Shown piece after piece: positions 47,709 through 58,900 of a stretch of 64,000 nt of DNA. The notes under the pieces are model-generated. The model did no database searches. It was not told the DNA's origin and was given only the letters and a program-made list of their open reading frames with translations. The translations under genes and the position numbers were made by a program. Source of the stretch: Euglena gracilis (taxonomy: Eukaryota); contig CP154954.1 in assembly GCA_039621445.1 (NCBI GenBank), forward strand, positions 8,310,634 to 8,374,633, in the 5' to 3' direction. Position 1 is the first letter of the stretch. Every line of letters starts with the position of its first letter.

Positions 47709-49170
47709 AGACCTCGGGCTCCCCTCCTCAAGTCCGAATCAGCACTTCGCCTGTTTATCGTTTTCTTGTGTGAGTAGATAGCGCGCAATGCGCGGACCGC
47801 ATTGCGGTCATCCTCCAACGAGGATTCGGAGTTCTCATCCCCCTCCCTGCCTGAAGCCGGGGTTCCCTCCTCCAAAGAGGAGATTTTGAACCCGACCTTG
47901 TGTTTGTTGTTGTGTTTTGTATCACTGTGGTGACGTTGGTTCGGGCGGGGAGAGCGAGACTGGAACATTTGGAGGAATGGTGGTTGTGTGATCCACAAAG
48001 GGAACACTTTTGTCGGTTTTGTTACTGTTGTCAGTTTTGTGATGGGCTTTCACCCCTTGGAGGTCTTGGTGAACGGAATCCCGTTCGACCACGGTCGTTG
48101 TAACCCGGTTTCCCGGATGACGATCTCGAAGAAGATGATCCACTTCGCGAACGTGATCGCGATGAGTCGCGATTTGTATCACGTTTGTAAGGGGGTCGGG
48201 GTGATCGACCACGAGGTGCGTGATTGCGTCCGCGATCGCGGAACGGTGATCGGGACCTTTGTCGATATCCCGAAGATTGTGATTGTCCAGATTTGTGCGA
48301 ATATCCGGAGGAGCGCGAGCTCTGCGAGGATTGTGAACCCCTTGGTCTCTGATACCGCTTTCGCGTATCAGGGTGGGGGCAGTCACGGGACGTATGTCCC
48401 GCTTTGTTGCACAAAAAGCAAGTTTTGTCAGAAGATTGGTCAGATGAGCGCGGATAGCGCGTTTTTGTATCTCCCCTTGGGGAGTTTGTATGTTTACCAA
48501 ATCCCCTTGGGGATTTTGGTGATTTTGGAGAAGAAGCCTTTTGTAGGGCACTTACCGTACCGCTAGGGAGACCAGCGGTAGGGTGGTGGGTGTAAGCCGA
48601 TTGTATCTGTCCCAAAAGTTGTGAGGTTTTTATTTGTTTGGAAACATAGTTCCATCGTTGTTCAAGTGTGAGTTTGTTGTCCGCGAGTTCCTCGCGGTGG
48701 ATGTCTTTGATAATTGTAGGAATGAAATGGAGGAGAACCGCATCGAATTGTTCCTTCGTTTGGTTCTCTCCCAGTTCATCAACTTCAGAAGCCAATCCCA
48801 ACCATTTGGAATACCAAAGGTCGATTGACTTCCATTTACGGTCACTGGGCGCGAATTGTCGCAATTTCTTCTCCAGCGTAATTCGCGAAATGAGGCTTGA
48901 ACAGGTTGACGCATATTGGTCAACCAGTTCCTCAAAAGTAATCCGATTCCGGATCACAAGTTGTCGGGCGCGTTCTTTTTCTTCCTTGGGGAGGCAATCA
49001 ATGAATTACATCTTGATTACCTCAGGGTTCCCGTCTTGGGTTGGACCCTTCAAGTCCCAGTCCTAGTCGTCGCGCCAAAATTGTTTCCAAGTTGTGGGAT
49101 AGCCGTCCCATGGTGGCATACCCTTGTTGGCAATTGTAATGTACCTTTGAAATTGCGTTGTGGACCGTGA
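47669..49170 (-). pseudogene. Element A gag core with two CCHC zinc knuckles and an RS-rich linker
   Basis: CFLCNKAGHTSRDC and CSLCGSHNHHSSKC; capsid-like helical region in ORF 48031..48957. Confidence 0.85.
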
Positions 49171-49199
49171 TTTCCATCGTAATGTTGGGGTGTTGTGTT

Positions 49200-49990
49200 T
49201 TTGGTGGGGGGGGGGGGGCGAGCGATGCCAATGAAAAGAAAGTAATTGGGACTTCGTTGTTTTTGGATTTTTTGGTTGAGTTCGGAAAAGATTCCCCCTT
49301 CTTTGTGGCATATTGAATCGCCTTTGTTTCCCCCCCCCAAGTTTTCATTACCGCACATTCCCCCTTTTTCTTTTGCACTTTTTGTTGTTTCATCCTTCTT
49401 CCGCCAATACTTATCACCTTGGAGTTTTTTTGTCCCGTTTAAATCCGGGATTGTCTCCGGCGCAGGGAAAAAGGAATGATCATCCGAACATGCTTATGAA
49501 CTCTTTTTTCCATTTTCTCTTTTTTTCTTCCTTTTCTCTTGCCACTCTCTTTTTCTCCTTTTTTTTCGTTCTTTTTTCAGCCCTTCTTACCTTCTTTTTT
49601 TTTTCCTTTTTTGATTTTTCATTTTTCCCCTTTTTCCACCTCCCTCCGTTTTTTTTGCTGTTCCCAGAAATTCTCCAAATAATATGGGGTTCCGGCATTG
49701 GGGAAAATTTTTGTCCGGGGAGGATTTTCCTGAAAATGTAGCGTAAAAAATAACAATTCTCCTGCCACAACAAAAACAATGGACTTTTCGGCCATCTACC
49801 TCCCTGGAAATTTTCCCAAGACCACAAGTGCGAAGACCCCAAAGTCCCGGGTTGGGTGCCATGGGGTTTCGGGACGGGGAAAATCGTGACATTTTTGGAA
49901 AAAAATAAAAAAATACAATCCCTTGTTTTTGGCCGGGACTTCGGGCGTAAACCTGGGGGTATTATGGGGGGGGGGGACCATGGGCACATT
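49200..49990. mobile_element. Low-complexity insertion within element A (boundaries approximate)
   Basis: T/C-rich, homopolymer-rich block with no counterpart in element C; interrupts the reading frame. Confidence 0.45.
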
Positions 49991-49999
49991 TTCTTGGTA

Positions 50000-52900
50000 C
50001 ATCGCAATTCCGCGGTTGTATGGTTGTGGTTCGCGATTCCGCGATTCGGATTGTAAAGGGTCGCGATTCCGCGATTCGGGTTGTTGGCAAATACCAGGGG
50101 GGGTAGGAATTCCTGTTGTTCACCCGCAAATCGGGGAACCGCGGTAAATTCCGTGTTTCGCATTCGCGATCCATGGCCAATACCCGGGGTAGGGGTATTG
50201 CTCATACCGCGAATCAGTCCCGATTCGCGAATTTCCTGTTGTAAAACCGGAGGATTCACGGTTTTTGTGGTAAAAACCGGTTCCTCATCCGAAGATTCAC
50301 CCTTAGGGGGTGAATCTTACGTTGTGGTATAAACGGGCGATTGTAATCGCGACTGTAGGCCTGTTCACGACCATGTGCATCCGTGGATGCTTGTAGGGCA
50401 TGCGCACCCGAAGTTGCTGGTAGGTGTGCGCATACTGCGCTTTTGGAAGGATTGGCATCCAACGAATCGCGAATTTGATGCACAAAGTCGCGAGTTGGAC
50501 GTAGGGCATCCGAAGATGCTTCGGTTGATGCGCGAAAAGTGCGTTGTGAGCTGGAAGTTGCATTTTGACCACCGAAAACACGGTTTTCAGGGGCAAAGTG
50601 CGGGGGGTTGCGGGATTTTGCATGAATCTCGTCCAAACTCGATGCAAAATCTTGGATACTTTGTTCCAATGAACCAACCACTTGGAAAAGGTCCGAAATT
50701 CGTTCAACATCACCCTGCAAACGCTTAATACGTTTGCGGAATGATGGTAACTCATCCAAAAGTGGTAATTTGTCAACAATGGAGTCAAAATCCGCGGAAA
50801 GCTTTGGAAAAGTGGTGTCCAAGAATTGGACCCGATTAACCAAAGTTTCCATTGCGGTTGTAAGGGTGTTCAACCGATTCTTGGTTTGTGGGGTTGTGGT
50901 ACCCAACGTGGGTTTAGGTACCCCTACCGCATTTTCAGCGGTTTTGTCGTCCATTATTGTAGAAAGTCGGTTCTCCAACACCGAAATTTGTCGTTTTAGT
51001 GTGAGAACTTGTTGGGTGACCGAATTTTCGGTCCTCTTCAACGTTTCACAAAATTCTTGTAAGTTTTCCTGATTTTTCGCAAGCATTTGGTCGTAAAATG
51101 TACGAAAATCAAGGGGTAGTTCGACTTCGCGAACCGTTTGTCCATCCGAGGATGGTTGGAGTCCGGAGACCCTTATAGAAAGTGTTTGTACGCGTTTTTG
51201 TAAATGGGAAGTGGTGGATTGTAAGGTTTTGTGTTGGGTATTCAAATACGCAAGTGCGGTTTCAATGCCGGTGACATCCGGAATTGATTTTTGAATACCG
51301 TTGCACCGTTTGTGCAAATCCGCAAACGCGGATTCGATCTTGTTCACATCCGCTTGTAACTGATTTTGAAAATCGGTTACAGTGCATCGTAATGCTCCCA
51401 TACTGGGATTTTTGGTGGAAATTTCTGCAAAGCGGCGTTGTAAGTCCGCAATTGCAGTTTGTAGTCCCGAAACATCCGCACAAGCGGTTTTCAGGTCTGC
51501 AAACGCAATTTGGAGGTCCGCATTCGCGGTTTGGATGGTAGTTATGACCGTTTCTCGGTCTTGGAGTTCCGCATTCACAGTTTGTAAGCTAAGAATAACC
51601 GCATCGCGGGATTGGAGTTCCGCCGTAGCGGTTTGTAGCGCATTGGAAGCAGTTTCAAGTTTTTTTTATATCGTTTTGCCACTTTTCATGGAGGAAATCT
51701 TGCCGATGGGCGATCTCCGCCACTTGAGTGTGCAATGTGGTCAAATTGTGGGAAACTTCACCGCATTTGCAGGAAGTTTGTTCCAAACGAGCAATCCGCT
51801 CTTCCAGTTGTTGCGCAAAAGCTCTTTGTACATAGTTTTCGCGTATTTGTATAAAATTTTGATGAAAACTCGCGTTGTCATTACCCAAACACAAAATGTG
51901 TTCTTGGGAGTGTTGTACAACATTGGACAGGGTTGAGAAGTTGAGAAGTGCTCATTTGAGACATATGAGCCAAGTTCCGCACCCGTAGGCGCTTTATCCC
52001 GTTGTTGTAGGCGGGACTGCATATCTTGCATTGTATAAGAAACGTTTTCCAGTTGTGTGAACAATTGTTGTACATTTTGTTGTAAATGTGAAAATTTTGC
52101 GTTATTCCGTGATTCCGCGGTGTGGAGGGTCTCTTGTACCTGTTGGAAGTTGTGTACCAAGGTGTTGCGCAAAAATGCGTCAAAACCTTGGTGGATGTTC
52201 TGGAGTTCCATGGTAGTGGAGTTGAAATTCTTTTGGCAAATTGTCCAAATTCTTGGACATATTCCCAAATGAAATCCAGCTTGACGAAAACGGCCTTGTG
52301 ACTGTCTTCATCAAATTGTAGGACTTGGTTCAGTGTTTTAGCGCAATTTTGGACACATGCTTCGATGTGTCGAAATTTCTGTTGTAGTGGGTGGTTCTCC
52401 GGTAAATTTGCGACTACGCGCTCAACGGTATTACTGGAGAACGAATCCCGGTCTTCCTCGGGGTCATTGTCCATGGGAACAATGACACCGGCAGTGTCCG
52501 GGACCACCAACCGCATTTCAGGCGGACCAAGGTAGTTCTGGTATTTCTCCAAATTGTGGAGGGGGGGCAAGTCCCGAATGGGGCTTACCAGTGGTAGGGC
52601 CGGGGGGGTTGGAAAAAAAAGGTGTTTCCAACCCGTCCTCGGAAGGGGGGGGCTCTCTAGGCAATTGGGTGCCAAAAGGCACTAATTGCCAGTCCCGTTC
52701 GGGCATTCTGCCCACTTGTGAGTGAGACTCCGCAGAAGCGGAGGGGGTCCGTAGACCCATTGTAGGGTTATGTTGCACCGCAAGTGCGGCTATTTTAACG
52801 GTGGGTCCGCGAATCCGGGTTGGGTCCGTAGACCCTTGGAGGGGGAGGGGACCGCCAAAGCGGCTTGGGTCCGAAGACCCTTGGAGGGGGGGGGGCACCG

Positions 52901-53282
52901 CCAAAGCGGCTTGTGTCCGAAAACCCTTGTAGGGGGTGGGGCACCGCAAAAGCGGCTTGTGTCCGAAGACCCTGGGAGGGGGGGGGGCACCGCCGAAGCG
53001 GCTTGGGTCCGAAGACCCTTGGAGGGGGGGGCACCGCCGAAGCGGCTTGTTGTAGGGGGGGGGGCACCGCTAATGCGGTTTGGGTTCGAAAACCCAGTTG
53101 TGGGGGGGGGGTACCGCCGAAGCGGCTTGGGCGTCCGCCCCTTGTACGGAAACTTTTTCCACCGCAGAAGCGGCTTGGGCATCCACCCCTTGTGGATAAA
53201 AATTTTCTGTCGCTAAAGCGACTTGGGCATCCGCCCCTTGTAAGGAAAAATTTCCTGTCGCCGTAGCGACTTCGTCTGCATT
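50000..53282 (-). pseudogene. Element A coiled-coil ORF or Gag N-terminal extension (frameshifted)
   Basis: Chain of ORFs 52518-52949, 51881-52675, 51741-52268 and 50256-51578 with heptad-like L/Q/E repeats; homologous to element C 61450-63100. Confidence 0.65.
52730..53270 (-). repeat. ~46-48-bp tandem repeat built from paired hairpins, in the leader of element A
   Basis: Alternating CCGC-NNNN-GCGG and GGGTC-NNNN-GACCC units. Confidence 0.85.
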
Positions 53283-53563
53283 CTGCAGTCCACGAAACGA
53301 ACCTATTAACAAAGCATAGTTAATAGGTGCGTTTCCAGTGTGTGCATGTGCACTTTGCATTTCAGATGAAAAATTGGGAAAATTTTTGTGAGAATCTCAA
53401 AAATTGTAAACATTGTAAAAATTTGTGTGAAAAGACCCAAAAGGATAAGCAAACGTGGGGGCTCAGAGGCTTTGTGATGCAGCCGTAGCCACTTGTTCCC
53501 CTGAGACACCTCGCCCATGCTTAGGCGCCTTTTTCTGAGTTTTGATTTGGTCGTTCCACCGTT

Positions 53564-53581
53564 AAACCTATTCTGCTACCA
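53564..53581 (-). promoter_or_regulatory. Primer-binding site, initiator tRNA-Met type
   Basis: TGGTAGCAGAATAGGTTT directly after the LTR; TGGTAGCAGA is complementary to the 3' end of eukaryotic tRNAi-Met. Confidence 0.8.
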
Positions 53582-54011
53582 AGTGTACGTCCCACCCTGG
53601 CTTTTCTACTTATGCTTTCTTCCCGAAAAGCCCGTGGGGGGAGTAACAATAAAATTTGCTTCCCTTTTCCCCTTTTGAATGCAAAGCACACAAGCAGAAG
53701 AATTGGTGGGACCGCAGTCCCTTTTATGAAAGTGACTTTTGCTCTTTCGAGGTTTGTAAATGAAAGAAATAAAACCTGTATTCAAATGGGTCTTCGCCCT
53801 CAGAATTCTAAGCAGATTTGCACAGCACCAAACCCAATGACCTTGAATTAGGAACCAGTTACTTTCGCTAAGCTTTCACTAGCTCTGAGATTCTCTCTTT
53901 GTCTTATGGTTTAACCATGCCACTGTGTACAGCCCGGCCGTAGCCAGCTTGTAGGCCGTAGCCCATTGTATCTGGACACAGTGCCATGGCAGAATGGCTG
54001 CCTGGTACACA
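53582..54011 (-). repeat. 5' LTR of element A
   Basis: Sense termini TGTGTAC...GTACACT; PBS abuts it. Confidence 0.93.
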
Positions 54012-55977
54012 ACTTTCCCTTTCCACGTCACATAAATTTCCTGTGCCTTGGCAGATTTTCAGCCAAAACGGTCGGATATGGGTGACATCCTCCGTACGGG
54101 ACAACTTCCCCTGGTGCCACAGATTTTTGCTGTGGTTTTCACATTTTTTTCATCCAATTTTTGTCGGAGATGGGTGGAATCCTCCGTACGAGAAATTTTT
54201 CCATTTTGCCCCGCAGGCTGGGAGTGGGCACGGATCAGCCTTTATGTCTGGTGGAGGAGAAACGGGAACTGTCCTCCTCACACAATTTTTAGTCCCCCCT
54301 GTGGAAATGGAGATGGAGAGGGGAAACAAAGATGCTCGGGAAGAACGTGCAAGGAGGAGAGTGCACGAAATGATTCAGTTTGGGGTGCTGGGCGAATAAT
54401 GCTTTCAAATTCACTGGGCAGAGTTGGAAAAAACTTCAGACCAACCAGATCCAAAAATGGAAACCGCTTTGGTAAAAAGTGGTCAAAATTGAGCGGGATT
54501 CCAGCCCAATTTAACTTTGGACAACAGCGCCAAAAGGCAAGAACTTTTTGACGAGAAACTACCAGTTTGGGTTTGAAAAACTCAAATCAAACACCGTTTC
54601 AGGCAGTTCTGGTGAAAATTCAAGTGTTTGTAGAAAGTTACACTTTGGTTATGGGGATTGAGCGAAGCTATTCTCAATTGGAGGGTCTCAGAAATTTCAA
54701 ACGGACACAGTCCTAGTTTCTTGCGGAAGGGGGTCAAAGTGGACAGTTTTTTCCCCCTGCCCAGATCACTGCCCACAAATTTTGCTTTCACACCTGGAAA
54801 GGGAGACCCAAAACCCCGGCGTCGCTGTGGTGGCGGCGTCCCGGGGCCCACTCCCCACACACCGCTGCGGTGGCGGTACATGGGGGCCCAGCAGCAGCCA
54901 GCACAACGAGCACAACTCCACCCAGGAGCAATGTGTTGGGACAGGGGAGAGGGACTGCCACCACCTATTTCTTCTTTTGCCACACTTAATAAACATTGCA
55001 CGTCAACCAGCTGTTTTGTCACAGCCTTGTCTCTCTCAAGCAGGGACACGTAATATTTCTCAAAAAGGGTGTCAAGGTCAAAACACCAACCTCGGACAGT
55101 TTTGTCAATTTGTGCAACTCGTGATTCAATCCTCTGACGCCAAACAGTCAGAGGAAGTCCCTCAAGATGACTGGGCTCACGCTGGTTGAATCCTTCCTCA
55201 AAATTTTCACTGTCAGAATCCTCAAAAACAGCAGGATGGTCATCTGTTTCCGTTTCACCATTCAGAGTTGAAGAACCTCATTCAAGATTGGAACAGATTC
55301 TGCTAACAATGTTGGGGGGTTCTGATTTGTCATCAACCGAAAGTAAAAATTCTTCACTGACAGAGTCAGTGAAGCAACCTCTGCGTACCATGTTGGGGGG
55401 TCCGGAGGATCCTCGCCGCCTGGGGGGGCTGCTTTCGCTGGGGCGACAAATTCCTTTTTCTGGCACTGGTGGGCTCAGGCCAGGGCCTTTGGCAAGTTGG
55501 GCCCGGTTTTCAAACAAATCAACAGGCGGTAATGGGGGTGAGGTGTGCCCCCCCGACCCAGGTCCCCCTGTCTCCCCGCGTAGGATCGTTTTTAGCCTCC
55601 ACTGTTTTGCCTTTTCGAACATTTGGATCAAAAGGTGAACAAAGAAAAAACCAACCCTCCTACTTGGAAGCACACAGCAGAGCACAACAAATCTGGATGG
55701 AGAGAGTTGGTGAGTACCTTTGAGTTCAGGTGTTGAGTGGGAAAAATAATACGGAAATGAATGCTTGATTTCCTTTGATAATTCAATTGATCTTCAATTA
55801 TTTCAATTCTCAAATGACTTTTCTGCTTTTCTGCTTCTCAAATCGAACTCTCAAATTCTTCCTGTAATTTGCTGGGTTTACAATTCCACTCGCGTGGCGG
55901 TTGACTTGCTCTGGTTATTCTTACCGGGGGTTTTTGGGAATTTTTGGGAAATTTTTGGCTGCCGACGCCAGCGCCAG
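54012..55977 (-). mobile_element. Decayed element fragment, right part of the sequence interrupted by element A
   Basis: Joins 31322-32481 through the ACTTT TSD; broken ORFs, identity uncertain. Confidence 0.35.
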
Positions 55978-58900
55978 CCGACATAATTCTCTCTAGAGCT
56001 TCACAAATATCTGTGTCCCATTTAATTTTTGTATTCTCGGGTGCACGATTTTTGAGCTGCCTCGTTAGAGGTATCGCAATTTTCGCGAAATTTTTCATGT
56101 AAGGCGCGTAGTATTGGGCAAATCCAAAAAATCCCTTCAAATGGGTGATGGTCTTGATCACCTCAGGTGTCCATTCCTTGCTAGGCGCCGCTCGGCGTTG
56201 GCCATTATTAAGAATGTGACCACAAAACATTATAGTTTAGCGAAACAAGTGCATTTTAACACCTTTGACAAAAATTATAAGCTTAAGAAATGCGGTTTAT
56301 ACCGCGCGAACATCACGATAATGAATATCGAGAATATTCTCGTGTGTATTCGCTGAAGAAGGGGGGTACCAACCAAAACATCATCAATGAATACCAGCGC
56401 AAATGGTAAATCCCGTAAGACCCATTGGATCAATCTCCGAAACATTGCTGGTTCATTCATAACGCCCATTGGTAAAACCGTCGATTGGTAAACACCTCTG
56501 GATGGTACAAAAGATGTATAGGCCTGCGAATCGGGATCCAGATGCATTTGGTGGAAACCATCCTCCAGGTCGAAAACTGACCACAAGCGGTTATCCGCCT
56601 GTTTTGTGATGAGGTCCTCTATGAGAGGTAGCGGGAATGGGTCATCCTTAGCTTGTGAGTTTAACTACCGATAATCCAGTACCAGCCTCCACTTTTTCTA
56701 ACCTAACGGGTCTGGGGCCTTAGGGACCACAAAACCTTGGGAGGTCCATTCACTTTTGGAAGGGATGATCCACTTCCGCGCTATGAGCTTTTCAATCATT
56801 TCATTGAGAGCTAGCTCTCTTTCTCCTGAACAACAGAAAAATTTCCGATGCATTGGCTTTGTGCCTTCTTTAAGCTCAATCTTACAAAAACGGGATCTAT
56901 ATCGCAAGTGTAAACAGGATTCTCCAAAGCACCAGAATATTCGCCACTGACACGCGTACAAAATTCTGCTGAATTGGGGTGCTGTCCTGCACTATCAATG
57001 ACACCGGGAACCTGTTTATGGGTCATATAAACCATAGGTGGGGCTGAACGGTGATGCCTATCGGCAGTATGGAGAAAAGCCGTATCGGCCCCCACACGCT
57101 CGGTATGATCCAACACAATAACATTCGGGGAGGTATTTAGGGAAACATTAAAAGCATTAAAGAAACAAACGCGAAAAATGATTTCTTGAAAAGATGGTAA
57201 CACTACTCCACGGAAATCCTCGAATAGAGGAACATCGTTTGGCAGGTCCCACCAGTAAAAGGTGACATAAGTCAAATGTTGAAACCATTCCGTTTCGAGA
57301 TTCACAGGAACAAGTAATGTGCCTCGTGCCTGATCTCAAAAAATATCATCTACAACAAGCAGGATACGTTTCAGGGGGGTGCATCCATAAGATTGTGTCT
57401 GCCGAAAACTTATCAAAAGCGTTAGAATGTTGCGACGAATGTCGCGGTAATCGCGAATGCCCGTTGGAAGAGAATGCATCAATTTCAAATCAAAGGAATC
57501 CCCCATATCGGCATTTTTTGAAGAAAAAATGTTTCAAAATTCGATATTAACCAAACCGAAAAGCATTCCAGGTGTCCTTGGTGTACTTGCAAATCTGCTC
57601 CACATCCTGAAGGGGGGGAAAAAACTGTAAAACAGAACAACGGAATTGTGAATTATCCACACACATCTCCATAGGACTCGACCAAGGGGTGGGCATGGGT
57701 GGGTTGGGCATATACCCAGTCATCGGTGATACGCGATAGAGCGGAATGCACGATGCGCAGAATTGGCGCTATGTGCGGGCAGCGTGATATGCGCAGGGAG
57801 TGTGGAGAGCGCCATAAGTGCACGGGAGGCACTATGCGCAAAACTGAAAAGAGAGGCTATGCCTTTGCACTGTAGTGCTCGATTCACATCCGCGAATTGC
57901 GAAGGACTGCTAGGTAAATGTTGAAATGTGATAAACTACCACGTGTACCGCTGGGTGTACAACCCTTTGTACCCTAGCTATCTACATTTTGGTTATTTTT
58001 TAAATCAGTACCAACTGTACCACTACCAAGTGTAACGGTTTGGGTAGGGGATGAAATTTCCTGGTTGCGGGATCAAATTGGATTAGTTTGGGAAATTCAA
58101 AAAGACACCCACAATCAACATCATGGTAGGCAGAAATTCTCCGACAGTGAGTACATTGGTAGGAAGGTTGGTGCTTGTGGTGCGCGTTTGTGTGGGTGTC
58201 AGTGCATAAGTTGGTGTCGGTTGGGGTAGCTGTTGGGGGGTGTACAGGGGTGTCTGCAGTCGACACACCTGGTGGAAAACGGAAAAATTGTGCAGCCGGC
58301 CGGCTACTCGACACCGTAATTACTTCAGGCATTTGGGCTTTCGCGTCGGAACCAGCGAAACGTGCGGGGTTAAGCTACTAGCTTTCCCTACTGCATGTGA
58401 AACGAGCGGTAAAAGTGCTGTGGGTAGGGGGGCAGCTTTCTATTTACCCCTAGGGTAGAAAACGGTGTCTTCGGTTGTGGGAACGTTATGGAAATGCGGG
58501 GGGACGTCCTGGATGACGTCACAGTGAACAAGTTTGGGGGGTTTGGTGTGTGTGCGGAGGGAAGTGCGCAAACCGTGCGAAGGACAATCCACCACCAATC
58601 GGGGTTGTCATAGGAATAGAAAACCCAGTATGACATCTGACCCGGCGATATTCGCCTCGAAAGCCCAAGTGCCCAGAAATTTTTGGAATTGTGGGGAGTG
58701 TGTGTGGTGCTTCAGGATAACGGGTAGGACTATGTCCAAAATGCATCCCAAGTCACCACCGCACATGGGGCTGTTGTCAGAGGCCATAATTTTGATGCGA
58801 TTCTTGGCATGAACCAAGACGGTGGTGGGTATAAATCCTTTGCGGAAAAGAAGGGGGATTCGACACCCTGTGTCGACTAAAATTTTGGCTTGTGCACAAA

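Larger units (their letters stand above)
32482..54011 (-). mobile_element. Giant Ty3/gypsy (chromodomain-containing) LTR retrotransposon A
   Basis: ~430-bp direct LTRs; 5-bp TSD ACTTT (32477-32481, 54012-54016); PBS and PPT; order gag-PR-RT-RH-IN-CHD. Confidence 0.93.

Noticed and set aside
47711-47723. ACCTCGGGCTCC match to the DIRS terminus inside element A
   Set aside because: Short match within coding sequence that aligns continuously with element C; likely coincidence.
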